A DNA stretch of 64,000 nt from Takakia lepidozioides (GCA_030704615.1 CM060731.1:24180001-24244000), one strand, 5' to 3'; positions 39,150-52,469 are shown, numbered from the stretch's first letter. Notes: generated by a model from the sequence alone, not told the origin. A program made the numbers and translations.

Positions 39150-39440
39150 ATCTTTGCATAACCATGACAGGTCGAGTTGCGAGATAAGGCCACAAGCTTC
39201 CATCTTGAGGCTCAGAAGACCCTTGCAGGTTGATGCGATTGCTACCGAACTATCTGAGTGTTCTATTTGTGAGGTCACGGCAGCAAGTGAGATCCAGTTT
39301 GTGCAGACCTATGCAGCCCACCATAAGACCTGTGTTGCCAGTGTCTGTTCTGCCACGACACTTGCTCACACTTGCTCTTTCAATGCGTTAAAACCTTTGC
39401 CTATGAACTCAAGGCCAAGCCCAGAAATGTCATAGTCATC
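39150..39440 (-). pseudogene. F-box/LRR-repeat (FBL3-like) gene fragment
   Basis: Frameshifted peptides LKE..SKCRG.TD, GCIGLHKLDLTCCRDLT, AIASTCKGLLSLKMEACGLIS: Cys-containing LRRs typical of plant FBL3. Confidence 0.65.
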
Positions 39441-40078
39441 CAGCTATGTTTGGCCTTTGGAGGCCATGGAGACAGTCAGGAAACAAGTTTCTAGAAGCGC
39501 CTAAGGTGGCTACATGGAACATACCACACGACCTTCGTTGAGTTCTGGATCCACTGTTCAGACGTTTCCTTTGGATATTTTTGAAATGTTGCCTCAACCC
39601 TGAGGGCAAGTGATAAAAGCTCGGCCGGCGAGAGCAACAGTGCTGCAAGAAAAAAGACAATATGTATAGTGAACCCTAAAGACAAAATGAGGAAGGACTT
39701 CTAAGAGAATCTCAAGAGAAGGCCAATAACAGGGAAATGATAACAATGAGAACTCTAAATGCGCACATTGGGAAGGCTACTTCATGGTGTGCAGCAGAAA
39801 GAAAACACGAGGGGGACAACAGGAGCAAAGAGAACTACGGTGGTGACACCAACCTGTGAAAGCACTTTGATGGAGGGAACGTCTGATTTGTTTCTCGAGA
39901 TTGTCCTCTGTAGTTTACAGACTGTGGGCGATGAAGATGACTGAACCGTTCAAGCGACATGAATACTGAAGCAAAACGTCTCTATGCGAAGCGTCCTCTT
40001 CCGCCTGTGTGTACGCACTGGCGAGAACACAATTTTGGAGACAGAGAATGAGGGGACGAAGATGCTGGGGACAGGTGA

Positions 40079-40480
40079 CACTACAACAGATGAGCATTTT
40101 TATGACTACAAATATGACTATTTTTTCAGTCCTATATGCGTTCATGACTACATGACTCTGAAGTGAAAAAAACGGCGTGATAGCGACTAGTCTTTAGGAC
40201 TGCGTTTTGCAAGTCATAGCTGTGACTGCGTGCGTGGCACCTGGAGTCATGCAAAGGAGAGTGATGTAGTCACAATTTTATGATTTACATATTACTAACT
40301 ATATGACTACATTGTCTGCTGAGCGTTGCCTACATGAAGAGGCTTCAGTGGAACACGTGCACCACTACGCAAGCGACACGTCACGCATTCGTGAGCGGAT
40401 CATATGACTATATGTCTGCAGAGCGATGCCTACATGGAGAGGCGCCGGATGGACAGTGCGCCACTGTGGATTTAACACGT
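40079..40480 (+). mobile_element. CACTA 5' terminus with ATGACT subterminal repeats
   Basis: cactacaacagatgagcatttttatgactac; near-identical start at 51429; many atgact/agtcat repeats. Confidence 0.7.
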
Positions 40481-40824
40481 CATTTTTGAATTATTTTTTA
40501 ATAATATTTTTAATTTTAGTAAATCAAATTATAAATTATAAAATTTAGATTATTAATTGATTTAAATTCTTCATTATATTTTTGGGAAAATATAATGGAA
40601 GGCCAACGGGGCTTGTACAAGTCTTATAAATCAATATTACAAAATTCCAAATTGGACAAGCATCCCCATGGATGCCTCAAACTCTAATGCGGAGCAAAAA
40701 TTAAGCAAACCGACACAAGGGCAGAAGTCTTTTAGTACTACTATAGTTCTGGTATATTACAATGAAGGACTCTATTTGCAACTATCGAATGCAATATTCC
40801 TTACAATTGCATTTGGCCAACAAC

Positions 40825-40920
40825 TCCGAAACAAACTTGGTGGCAGTGTGGCAGTCACCACACACCCGAAGATTCTTCACAAGATGGAGAGACATCCCTG
40901 CAGCTCATCAGCCCAAAACC
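40825..40920 (-). pseudogene. DYW domain fragment of a PPR gene
   Basis: GFGLMS..GMSLHLVKNLRVCGDCHTATKFVS; DNA similar to 5047-5135. Confidence 0.85.
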
Positions 40921-41444
40921 TCAATTGTCCCACCATTGACTGGGGTCAGAAAAGTTCCACAGCTTCTCCTCGTCTCTGTTACCTGTTTTTTGATACTTTC
41001 TTGTTGTCACGTTGGCAATTTTATGTCAAAGTCACTCCAAACTATCAAAGGTTCACTCAACCAGCTAATTTGCAGAATTCATAATGAAAATTGAGGGTCG
41101 ATTCTGATAAGAGGGAAAAACGGGGTGAAATGTGTTGAAGAATGTGCATTGATTAACAGTGCCTGATTTGATCAATTGTGTCGTTGCTGCTGCGGCTTCT
41201 AATTGACCATCTATCCATGCACAAATCATGCATACATCCTCGCCTTACTGCTAGCAGCTGACAATGATAGCCTAGAATTGTTCCAGCAAACACCCCGACC
41301 CTACTTATCACACTAGTTCATATGCTCAATTGCATCTGCTACTCTCTATAATCCAACAGGCGTTCACGTTCTTGCCTCGATTGTCCCACCATTGACTGGG
41401 TTAGAAAAGTATTCATTCCACAGCTTTTCCTCGTCATTTGCCCC

Positions 41445-42800
41445 TAGGTAAGTGAAGATGTAGTATGGGGGGGAGCGTCAAGTAGAGAGAGAGCGTCGTG
41501 GATGGACATGAGCTCAGAATGGTGGCAGGGCCAGGGAGCCGGAGGGAAATACTCCGACCGTTGCCGGTGTGATAAATTCCATATCCTACATTAGGTTTGG
41601 TGAGGGATCCATCAGTGTAGTGTGAGTTTGTCGGGGGATACTTGAGGGTGGTGTTTTGTTGATATATGGAGGGGATTGGGGGAAGGGGGGTTGCTGGTAT
41701 TACTTGGGGGGGGCGCGGTTATGCCATGCCCAGGCTTTGTTTGTTTTGACCCGGGGAAATGTGGTGGCTACGTGGGTGTGGAGGGGTGTAGCTGGGTAAT
41801 TGATGGTGACCTTCATTTTATGAGTTATGGTTAGCAACTGGTCTAGCTGGTGGAAAAAAGGTGTCGGTATGTTTGTATGAAGGGGGTTTTGGACATGTAG
41901 AATCAGAGTTATGGTAGGTTCTTTCCTCTTGAGATACTTGGGAAGAGGGGGGGTATGAGCGTACTTAAGCTGATTTGGGTCAATTGTGGCGAGTAGATTG
42001 ACCCCTTCCGGGAGTCGTAGGAGAGGGTGGGGGGTGCTAGGTGTATTTTGCTGTGTGAGGATGAGGATTGTGGAGGCAAGAAGAGAGGAGTGTGCTGCGA
42101 ATCTTGCCCATTGGAGAGCTTCATAAGCAAGAGGGCCAGAGGGGGGGTGGGCAAAGCCTTTACCCTCCCAGGTATGTTGGGTAGCATTACCGGTAGCTCC
42201 AAAGAGACAATCCCTGTGGTGCGGGCTGGAAAATGTGTGCAAGTCCATAGGACATGTCAGTGGATTGGAATAATATGAGTGAGTAAGCTCGAATGTATGG
42301 ATAAGCAAGGCGAGAATATCTTGGGGTATGGCATGGTGTGCGCATGCCATTTCTAGTCGGGTGAGGGATCGTGGCTTCTTGGGGGGGGTGTCTTTGAGGT
42401 AGCAGTCTACGAGCCAATATAATTCGGTCGCGAAGTCTTGTTTTGGGGGTTGTAAAGATTGTGGGTATGAGTTTGCAACATAATACTTCTCCCACAACCA
42501 TGTTAATCTGTTATTAGGAATGAGTCCAATGAAGCGGCCGTGTTGAGCGTAAATATTGGAAAGGGTTTAGGCATATGAGATAATCAGGGGGCTGGAACCG
42601 ACGCCATAGCAGTCTGTAGGGAGTTGGGTAAGAGCATTAGGAGAACTGGACCATAGGTTAAAGCGGCGGTTGAGGTGTTGGAGTTTGTGAGCTAGGATAG
42701 CTAGGTCGTCAGCGTATGCGGCAGCAAAGATTTCACTAGGGGGAGGTTTTATAATGATAGCTGAGATTGCCGCGTTCTAACCATCTTAGTAGTGGTTCTA
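41445..42800 (-). mobile_element. RandI/Dualen-like LINE fragment (copy 2): RT core, internal deletion, PCIF1-like domain, RNase H
   Basis: EPLLRWL at ~42778-42798, AYADDL at ~42705-42716, ORF 41700-42497 (MTase-like), then HYTDGS..VGYGIY RNase H at ~41575-41620. Confidence 0.8.
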
Positions 42801-43039
42801 ATTTGGGTTTTTGGGTCTTTGGCTCTTAGGGTTTTACGGGTTACATAGTTTAGTTTAGGGTTAGTTATAATATAGTTAGTTTAGGATTAGCTGCAATATA
42901 GTTTTGTTTTTAGGGTTTTGTTTTTTTGTGGGATGGGGACATATGGCTTTACGTTTGTAGGGTTTTCTTTTTCAAGTTTTTCCAAGGGTTGGGAGTGTAA
43001 CTCTTCCGGAGGTTATAGTGGGTCACAATACGGTACTCT

Positions 43040-44147
43040 ACCTCTCTCTCGTGCTAGGTCATGCCGCGTGTTTATCGACGTGTCACGCTTGAGGATTCGT
43101 TGCCGGCTGTGCCACACCCACCTGCTGAGGGCGAGACAGCACGTTCGCCTCGTCTACGAGTTAGGCGGCATCGCCATGTCCGCACAGCTTTGCCCCCACG
43201 GCCACCACCTCGAGGTCGTAGGCCGCCGAGTCCAGAGGCTCGAGCCCCGGGGAGACCCCGCCGGGACCGCCTCTTCAAGATTGAGTGTTGGTGCAATTGG
43301 TGTTGGGCATGACTACCGGTTGGGAGGACCACACCGATGATGCGGCGACCCCAGGTTGTGCAAAAACATTACACCAAGTACGAGATTGCTGATGCAGCAA
43401 AGGTAAGTCGTCCATATATCTTCTCACGTACTCCTCAATTAAGAGTACTATATCTAATGAAACCTCGTGTTTGTGAATTGAGTATTGATGCATTTCATAT
43501 CATGCATCTTGCAGCCCCGTCTTGATGTCCAAGCTCGCAATTTTTTTGCTGAAAAGACATACCGATGCGAATTTCTTCCTTCTTACGAGCCCCACCCTAT
43601 TCCGGATGTGAACATTTTTTTCTCGCAACATGACGTAGATGCAGTTTGTGAGGTAGCGGGGTACGATGCGTGTTTTTCTATTTTTGGGCACCGGGCTAGG
43701 TGCTTGCCACCTACGCACACACATTCGTCATCCTCGACATCGGCACCCCCATCATCACCATCATCCGCATCGTCCGTTCCTCCTATTGTAGATTGTTTTT
43801 CCTCATCACCATTGCCATCCGAGGTCCCTCATACCGACCGGCTACGTGTCCCTTCCTCTCCATTGCCGAGACCGCAGCCGCCACCGAATCCAAGTTCGAC
43901 ATCCTCGACATTGGCACCCCCATCATCACCATCATCCACATCGTCCGTTCCTCCTATTGTACATGTTCTTTCCTCATTACCATCGCCATCCCGGCCATCT
44001 CGGCCAGTACTACCTCCACAAGATCCCTCATACCAACCTACATGTCCCTTCCCCTCCACTGCCGAGACCACAGCCGCCACCGAGTCCGTATCAGGGTCCT
44101 CCGGCAGAACCCGGATGGATCCCACCACCTTTGGGGACTGTGTATGA
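43040..44147 (+). other. Pro/Ser/Arg-rich degenerate ORF region with internal duplication (~43728-43885 and ~43897-44085)
   Basis: ORFs 43061-43312 and 43485-44147; repeated SSTSAPPSSPSSASSVPPIV unit. Confidence 0.5.
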
Positions 44148-44833
44148 CTGGGACCGATGGATCACTAGGTTCCCACTCCGGGAGAAGGGCCCCCGAAGTG
44201 ATGGACGGGCGCCGCCCCCTAGGAGAGGTGGACCGAATGATTCGCACGGTTGGTCCGCGCCTTCGCCGGCCTGATGACGGCACCATACGTCATCGTGGTG
44301 CTAGGGAGCTATTCACGATGGGAGTCCAACCCCATTTCTACCAATGTCTTGTGCCTTGTCCAGTTCCGATTCCCGAGGGTGAGCCCTTTTTTTTGGACCC
44401 TGGTATGGGTCGCAGACTTTTTTTTATGGAGGATGTAGTTTTGGAGGGAGGAGAGGATTCTGTGGATTTGTTCCCCTATTTTGGGCTGAGGTACACCCAC
44501 CGGAAGTGGCAATTATTGCAGACACACGGCCTTGGGTCCTTGATCCATCCTTACATCCTTGTTGTGAACGACAATGATGTAAGGTCGAGAAATTTGGGCC
44601 GCAAAGCCCATATTTATTGTGACGGAAACCCCGATGTATACGGCAACATGGCTGGGCTCATCAACAGTTCAGTTACCTTACCGCCGGGCCACACTGCCAA
44701 CGTGTTTTGGGATGAGCGCCATGACGGGGATAGTAGATTGGACCCTAACATCACCACTTTTGTGATGACATGTGCAAGGAGGACTATCAGGGCTGGAGAG
44801 GAGTTGTTTGCAGAGTATGACTTTAGGCGTTAG
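44144..44833 (+). CDS. SET-domain protein (lysine methyltransferase-like) adjacent to CACTA transposase; 5' part possibly frameshifted
   Basis: GMGRRLF (motif I), PYFG, YCDGNP..GNMAGLINSS (NHS-like), ANV, ARRTIRAGEELFAEY (EL..[DE]Y). Confidence 0.75.
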   Translation: MTGTDGSLGSHSGRRAPEVMDGRRPLGEVDRMIRTVGPRLRRPDDGTIRHRGARELFTMGVQPHFYQCLVPCPVPIPEGEPFFLDPGMGRRLFFMEDVVLEGGEDSVDLFPYFGLRYTHRKWQLLQTHGLGSLIHPYILVVNDNDVRSRNLGRKAHIYCDGNPDVYGNMAGLINSSVTLPPGHTANVFWDERHDGDSRLDPNITTFVMTCARRTIRAGEELFAEYDFRR

Positions 44834-45144
44834 CCGACTTTCATCATGTGTAGATGGACGTAGGAAGACATTTTGTACATTGAGGTGGCTTCCTCCACCG
44901 TGTATATATATATATAGGCATTGATGTGTATTTGGATGCAGTTTTTCATGCTATATTCAAGGGAGTTTGGACGTTATATGTGAATTTGGGTATTTTGAAT
45001 TGTATAGTGTCTCCTTCATGTGGTAAAGCAATGTATGTATTTCCCTCGTGTGTATAATGTGTACTTTGGGTTTTATCCTGTATGATAATGAACAACGCCA
45101 TGTATGGAAACTGATAATGACATGGTTGTTTTTGGCATCTTAGG

Positions 45145-48100
45145 ATGCCGGCCACAACCCCACGACGTTAATTCATGAAGTTCATGATCTTGTCATGAAC
45201 CGGGATTTTGTTCCTTCGGAGGGGGGTGCGTATCAAAGGGACCCAACCCCGTCTGAAATGGCGGTCTCCGATGATGAGGACAACAATGACAATGGAATTA
45301 TGCATGTGGCAGCAATGGAGGACCTCTTAATGCATCAGATGGTAGATGAGGACACAGACTCTTTGAATGACATAGAAAAGAAGCCAAAACTCCCCTATAC
45401 GAAGGGGCCAAAGTGAGTAGACTTTCAACCATCTTGTTATTACTGAATTTGCAAATCCGTTTTGGCATAAGCAATGTGGGTATGTCTGCCATAATGCGGA
45501 CTATTGCGGACTACATCCTTGCCCCACATTTGAAGCCGAGAATGCCACGATCAAGAAAAGAGGCAAGATCAGCCTTGGATGCTGTGGGGATGGGCTATAA
45601 GATTTTTCATGCATGTCCATGTGATAAAACCCTGTACTACTGAGAGGATGCGAAACTCACAAAGTGTCCAAAGTGCAACAAAGACCGATATCGGGATGAT
45701 GTTCAAGGGAAGAAAGCCCCGCGCAAGGTATACCTGCGCCACAAATACACTTGTATATTGCATTCTACCTTTTTGCAACCGCTACAAGATGTAAGGTTTT
45801 ACTTAGAGATATGAATGACACTGATTATGATATGGGGCCGACATGGGGATGGTGCCAGAAAATGCATTACTTTCCAATCATCCCGCGACTGCAGACACAT
45901 TACCGAAGCCCCTCATTGGCACAACTGATGAGATGGCACGCCTCGCATCGGAGCCCCCCGGGAAAGGTGTGCGGGCCACAAGATTCACAAGCATGGAGGC
46001 ATACTGAAGAGATGTGGCCTTTTCTCTTGGAGGACCCACGACATGTCCGCCTCGGCTTCTCCTCGGATGGGGTCAACCCATACTCTGTCCAGTCATGTAG
46101 TCATTCCACTTGGCCGATGACCATGGTGAATTACAACATCCCTCCGTATCTTTCAATAAAAAAAAGACCATATCATGTTGGCTGCCATTGTACCGGGTGA
46201 GTGTTCCCATTTCATGCTTATTATTTCTTTGGATTTTACATTAATCTTCTTCTCTTTGGCGCAATTCCGATGGAAGATTGATGAGTGACGTAATCATGTA
46301 GTAAGATGTGTCATTCATTATGAAGTATAATTAGCATGGTGGAGCATTGAAACAATTAATGGTGTGAATGTCTCATAGGGAAAAAACAAGTGAAAGACAT
46401 GGACACGTACTTGCGACCTCTAGTTGATGAACTGAATGAGTTATGGAGGGGGGTCCCGGCATTGGATGCTTCACTTGACCCTATGGCCGGACAATCTTTT
46501 CAGATGAGAGGCATCTTGCTTTGGACAATGCATGATTATCCAGGTATATTATGTTCCCCATGAGAAACCCGCGTACATTTACCTGTCAAGGGATTATTGA
46601 TGAGGATTGGGATTGATTGAAGTAGCGGCGACAGTCTTCTGCACCGTAGTGGGGTAGATGCACATGGAAACTTTTTGTCTTTCCTAATGTGGCGGAATGT
46701 CTACAGGACTTACTGTTTGCTCGGGGTTGAGCACTAAAGGGTACCACGCATGCCTGCATTGTGGTGATGAACTTGATGCACAAAGCTCCAGCAATCTTCA
46801 CAAGATGGTGTATCCCAACTACCGCAAGTTTCTTCCTATGAGCCATCATTGGAGAAGAAGAGACAAACACTTGTTTGATGGCAAAGTGGAGTTACGTCCC
46901 CCACCTGTGACACCATCCAGGCACTTTTGGGAAGACTGATGGAAGGAGGCCCATCCGGAGGGGTCCGGTGAAGTGGAGGTCCCCGGCATGAACCGGCTTT
47001 CAATCTTCTACGAGTTGTCATATTGGGCGGTACATATTCCACAAAAACACCATCAATATTGTTATGCATGCATGTGATATTGCATGTTTTGTATGATTTC
47101 CATTGTTACTTTCACGACAAAATAGACGTGTAAGAATTTGTGGGTGGGGATATGTGTAGGACCTGAAGATTCGTCATCTTCTAGATTCCATGCATATTGA
47201 GAAGAATGTTTGCTCGTCCCTTTTTCGTGTTCTTCATGGCACGCTGGCAATGAAGGGAGTGGCTGCGAAAGGAGATTCTCTCGGTGTTAGAAAGGAACTT
47301 GAGGAGCAGGGTCGCATGCCCCATCTATGGGCCGAAGAAAATGGTGTGGACCCAAAGGGTGTTGTACGGTGGAAGTATAGGCGTGCACCTTGGCAATGGA
47401 CAAAGGAGGAATACAAGAAAGTGATAGCCACCATAGGAGCTTTCCGAACACCAACTGGTTATGGGTCATCCCTCTATATGAAGTTCAACGAAGACGGGGT
47501 CCATGGTTTGAAGTCTCATGACTACCACAATCTATTGCAAGACATCTTGCCCATTGCAGTACGTGGGACATTGACTCCCGAGGTTCGCGAAACAGTCTAT
47601 AGATTGGGAGCATTGTTCCGGTGGATTTGCTCCAAAGAGCTGGAGGAAGCGGACTTTCCACGCATGAAGAAGGAGGCGGCGGTGGTCATGTGTATGTTGG
47701 AGATGCACCTTCCTCCCTCCTTCTTTGACATCCAAGTGCACTTGGTAGTGCACTTAGTGGAAGAGGCTTCGATTGCCGGCCCCATTCATTCTCGGTGGAT
47801 GTACTACCTTGAGCGATACATGAAGACTTTGAAAGCACATGTAAGACAAATGGCACACCCGGAGAGTAGCATGGCGGAGGGGTATACATTGCAAGAGGCT
47901 ATGTTCTACTGCATGGAGTACTTGGCAAGGGTGGATAAGGAAGCCCCTCCAATGTGGAAGGAAGATGAGGATGTACGAACCAATGACATCGTTTTGCCCA
48001 AAAATTCAAAGAGGGTAAAATTACCCATCATGGTGATTAACCAAGCGCATGAGTTCATACTGAAGAACACCCCATCCATACATGAGTGGGAGGCAAGATA

Positions 48101-49122
48101 CAATAACCTTGTTCAGCAACAACATGAGGAGACGGTTGCGTGGAGGCGGAACCATGCAAGGGCGATTACACGCGCTCCGCGAGCAAGGGGCCGGCGTAGG
48201 GAATGTGCCTTCACAAGAATTGCCCATGGAATTGCAGCCTCTAAGTTCATTCCGCCATTGGCTTCGGACTGAAGTAGAGGATAGCATTGAGAAAGGTGAG
48301 GTGGTTTCAGATTTGGTGCAAGACATTGCAAGGGGCCCCTCTCAATTTGCGACCTCATACACGGCGGTTTGGGTTCATGGTCGTCATTTCCGCATTCGTG
48401 CTCTTGACATGAAGCGCAAAACAACGTTTGATTCTGGCTTGTGTGCCTCATATTGGCAAGACTTCGTGTGGGGCAGGGGAGATACATGACCTACCATAAG
48501 CACACTCAACTACTTTGGAGAGCTTGAGAACATACTCCAACTTCAGTATACAAGGCACCAGCCTCTTATCTTCAAGGCAAGGTGATTCTAGCCACATCTT
48601 GTGGGGCCATCCGCAACAATAGTGGAAGACGAATGTGGTTTCATGCGCGTTAATACAGATAGGCTCGAGTCTACTCATCGTCCCTCCAATGAGCCTTTTT
48701 CATGGCCTTCGGACATGGAGCAAGTTTTCTTCTTCGGATCAGGAAATTGGAAGGTAGTTGTGCATGCTCAGCCAAGAGGAAGACATATCTATCATGGTCG
48801 GGGATCTACATGGGGCGAGGCAGATGCGGAGGAGGAAGAGACTGGTCATGATGACGCTGATGTTGGCCGAGGTTGGATAGAGGGGGTACAAGAGAATGAT
48901 GACGCCCCGGACAATGCATCCCGGACCCTATACGATGAGGCTCCATCAGATGCGGATGTTGGAGAAGAAGATGAAGACATGGTAATTGAAACCGAGGTGG
49001 AAGATGATTCAGATGTGCCTTTCGGTGACCAGGCCATTTATGACAATGACTCTAATGAGCAAGAAGACTTGCAGCTTGATGAGGACAAAGAAGCTCCGGA
49101 TGATGATTTTCAAGTTGATTAG
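45145..49122 (+). mobile_element. CACTA (En/Spm) TnpD/Tnp2-type transposase, intron-containing, with stops and frameshifts
   Basis: HACPCD..LY, DPRHVRLGFSSDGVNPY..HSTWP..NYNIPP, LLWTMHDYP, MHIEKNV, GLKSHDYH, PPSFFDIQVHL..H, RWMYYLER, F.A.W (DUF4216-like), EPFSWPSD.EQVFF, acidic tail. Confidence 0.92.
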
Positions 49123-50579
49123 ACACGTAATCAAAGCTACATAATAATTCTCGCACAGAATTGTACCCATCCCTTCGATTGATTGTACATGTACATGCAT
49201 GTAGCTTATTTCTATGATTGATTAATAAAAAATCCATGAAAAAAATCCTTTGTAGGTGTGGCGATCTAGGAATAATTCTAATGAAGTTGTGACTCGAAAA
49301 AGTGACTCTAGGATTGTTGAGTTTTTGTACGAGGGCAAGAAAACCGGAAACAAAATCAAGCTTCCTAACCGGTTAGAGAACCGGCATGGTGATTATAAGG
49401 GTGTTATACCCGGAGCAAGATCCGGAGCAAATGAGGATGGCGTAGAGGCGGTTCTAGATAATACAAGTGTAAGGGTTAGTGATGGTAGTATGAAATTACA
49501 ATGTTGGGGAGATTAGGTGCACAATATTAATGAGATTGTCCAAGTAGGAAATTAATTAGTTGGGCATTTGGCATTTGGCTAAGACAATAGTTGTAAGTTG
49601 TAAGCTTAGTGTATTAGAGGGGCAGAGAGATAGATGACAGGGTTGAACGTTTGAACTTTGAACCCGAGACCCACAACTAATATTCTAGCGGCTTATCACC
49701 AGGCCACAACCCTTTTGTGTATAGTTTTACACACATACACAAAAATGCTAGAAAAAATAAAAATAAATAAAAGTGGATGAATCCCATAACCGGTACCATG
49801 GAACTGGCATTTCTTAAGATGGCATAACCGGTAGATTGAGAACCGGACAAAAAAAAATCCGTGTGTTTATTGAGAACCTGTAACCGAGATGTTTTTCAAA
49901 CCTATTGGTATACCCTGCCCCAGCCATCCATTTTTTTCAAAGAATACGCCATAACCGGGACCGTGAGAGGGCTCAAAACATGGTACCCGGCCAACATTGG
50001 TCACAACCCCCTGCATTTACAATATCTATGATTGCGGATTTGTCCTTCATAATGTTTTTTTTTTAGCTCTATTTTGTTTTGTGAATGCAAACCCCAGACC
50101 ACTACATCCATAGAAAAAATTGGACCCAAAAATAATTAATTTAAAAATTAATTTAAAAAAAAAAAAAAAACAAGTTTCTTTCACTCACTATTGTGGAACT
50201 CTCTATGGAGAGTGCATGAAGTTGAAAAGAACTCAACTTGGGAGTGCAAATGAGGGAAGAAAATATGGTTTTCAGTCCAAATGATTTTTGTTCACTCCCA
50301 AAATTTGCACACGCATTGCAAACGCTGTCATTAAGCATACGGTTTGGGAACGGAATAAAATAAAATCATGTGCATGTGCAAAAAATCATCATCCCACCTG
50401 AGGGCACGAGGAGGAGGATGTGGCGGCGGCCGTCAAGTTTGTTGGGATCGGCACCAATGGAGGGTAGAAAGAACTCTGGCCTTGTTATACAACAACAGAG
50501 AATGAGCACTATAAAGATTGGAAGAAGGGGATCAATTGACCCTGGCCTCAACCATGACCTTTGCAAAAAGACACTAAAT

Positions 50580-51156
50580 AGGGCCACACTGCGACTCCCG
50601 GACGTCGCAGGCCCGTCGCATTACCGCTGACGGGCGACTTCTAGCAGTCGCAACCCCCGCGAGGTGGCGTGCCCTCGCCACATGGCGGCCAAGGGGAAAA
50701 TGGCATCCTTGCGACTCCCTAACATCGCGGCCCTGCAGGAGCGTCGCCCCAGCAGGCATGCGACTGCGGGGAATCGCAAGGTCCTCGCCATTGTGGCATT
50801 TCGGCGACGTCTGGACGTCGCAAACCCAACACGACCTGACTCAACCCTCCCACGTGCCTAAGTGTGAGGGGGTGTTGTTGCGATTCCCGACAATCACAGC
50901 CTTGCGGGAGCGTCGCAGAGGGTAAGTGCGACGCCCGGGCGTCGCAACCCCCAGCTCGCTGGCGGGTCATCCCCAACAGCAGCGACGTGGCGGAATCGCA
51001 AGCAGGCGAAGCGTCACCGGAGTGGCGCGGCGGCGACGGGCCGACGTCGCAATTTTCGGGCCGGGCGCCTGCGCGGCGCTGCAGTCGCAAGAGGGTCATT
51101 GTGTCCGGCGCGCCCGGGGTCCCGGCGTCGCTAACCCCCCCCTAAACATAGTAGTG
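50580..51156. mobile_element. CACTA 3' terminus with GCGAC/GTCGC subterminal repeats
   Basis: Ends ...ccccctaaacatagtagtg (reverse complement CACTACTA). Abuts a repeat also present at 35310-35450. Confidence 0.7.
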
Positions 51157-51428
51157 GGTCTCTTGCTCGCAAAAATACTACCACACATTGAAGTCAATAT
51201 TACTGTAATGCACGCATCCATCATGCATGCCCCATGAATGCAAGAAGTACATCCATCGCATCATGACTTTGCCATCATACAGTTCTGTATGTGTGAATAT
51301 GGCTCCTCGTATGCTCATATTAGAGACCATGAACATTCAAATTTGAAATTTGAAACAACATTCAATGTACCTCCAAAACGAATGGACGTCATTTAGCGGA
51401 TGATTGTTGTCATTCATGTGATTGACCA

Positions 51429-52360
51429 CACTACAAGAGATGAGCGTTTTTAGGACTACGGCTTTTGCGGAGTCATAAAAACGGCATTAGGTACATGACT
51501 ACAGAACGCTGAAATGCGTTGCAGTCATAGTTTTATTGTGCAACAATGGACTCTCCTTTGATATTTAAACTGTCATCTCTATCATTGATGACAACAAAAG
51601 CCTTGGATACTGCTATGTAGGATCTTCCTTCTTCTGTGCTTGCATCGGCTGAAGTTTGATTGACCTCACTACTACTTCCAGGATCGATCTCCCTCTTCTT
51701 CTTTGGACACTCCCTCTCCCAGTGGCCTCTCCACAATTATTACATCTGGTTCTCTTCTTAAGCTCACTGATTCTCTCATTGCGCTGCTTTTTCTGCTCCT
51801 CAGACAGTCACTCTTGCAGTCTACTTCCACCGGCTCGGTTATTTCCCTTTCTTGCGAAGAAAGCTCTATCTCTTTGCTCATCGGCATTCCCTCGTTCTTT
51901 ATTCAATGACTCTTCCTTCAGGAGCCTTGATGTTAGATTCTCCAATGTTCTATTCTCAGGAAGTACACTATCCCACGCTGATAAAAGATGTCTGTAACTA
52001 GGCGGCAGACTACACACAATCTTTGTAATCACGGATCTCTCTGAAGTGACATCTCCTAGGTCACTCAATCTATTTGCCATAGACTCAATGGTACTAATAT
52101 GAGTCGAAATATCATCGTTCTCTCTCATTCTGTACTCAAAGAACTTTTGTTGAAGGATATGGATGTGTAGTAATGGATATCACTACATGACTCCGGAAAG
52201 GTAGGGAGCATTGGTCAAACATTGTTGACCACGATGACAGGGATGGTTTATATGACTCGCGTCATATGGAGGACTACACGTGGATGAATTTTCCTAGAAT
52301 CGTATGACTTCATGACTAAATTTGGTTTTACAACTCTAATTTTACGACTGCGTCACTATA
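51429..52360 (+). mobile_element. CACTA 5' terminus (same family as 40079) interrupted by a Copia fragment
   Basis: cactacaagagatgagcgtttttaggactac; atgact repeats resume after ~52170. Confidence 0.65.
51535..52170 (-). mobile_element. Ty1/Copia gag fragment (UBN2 domain plus zinc knuckle)
   Basis: QQKFFEYRMRENDDISTHI..L.DLG..KIVCSLPPSY..WDS..L..RLLKEE and C..GHWERECPK. Confidence 0.85.
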
Positions 52361-52469
52361 CGTATCATTTTGAAGGCACATACACGAATGTATTCATCCA
52401 TTGGGTAAGTTTATTCATCACTTTTTTTTGTCTCCCGCCACACCATATGTTTTCTTAGTATCCACGAGC

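Noticed and set aside
49499-49999. hAT-like MITE (caatgttgg / ccaacattg, AACCGG repeats)
   Set aside because: No matching 8-bp TSD, so boundaries are unsupported.
40079-51156. A single intact CACTA spanning the DYW fragment, LINE, SET and transposase
   Set aside because: The two ends share only CACTAC, have different subterminal repeats, and the flanks (tga / ggt) are not a TSD.
50574-51237. ORFs in GCGAC-rich regions (also 56482-57910)
   Set aside because: CACTA subterminal repeats, non-coding.
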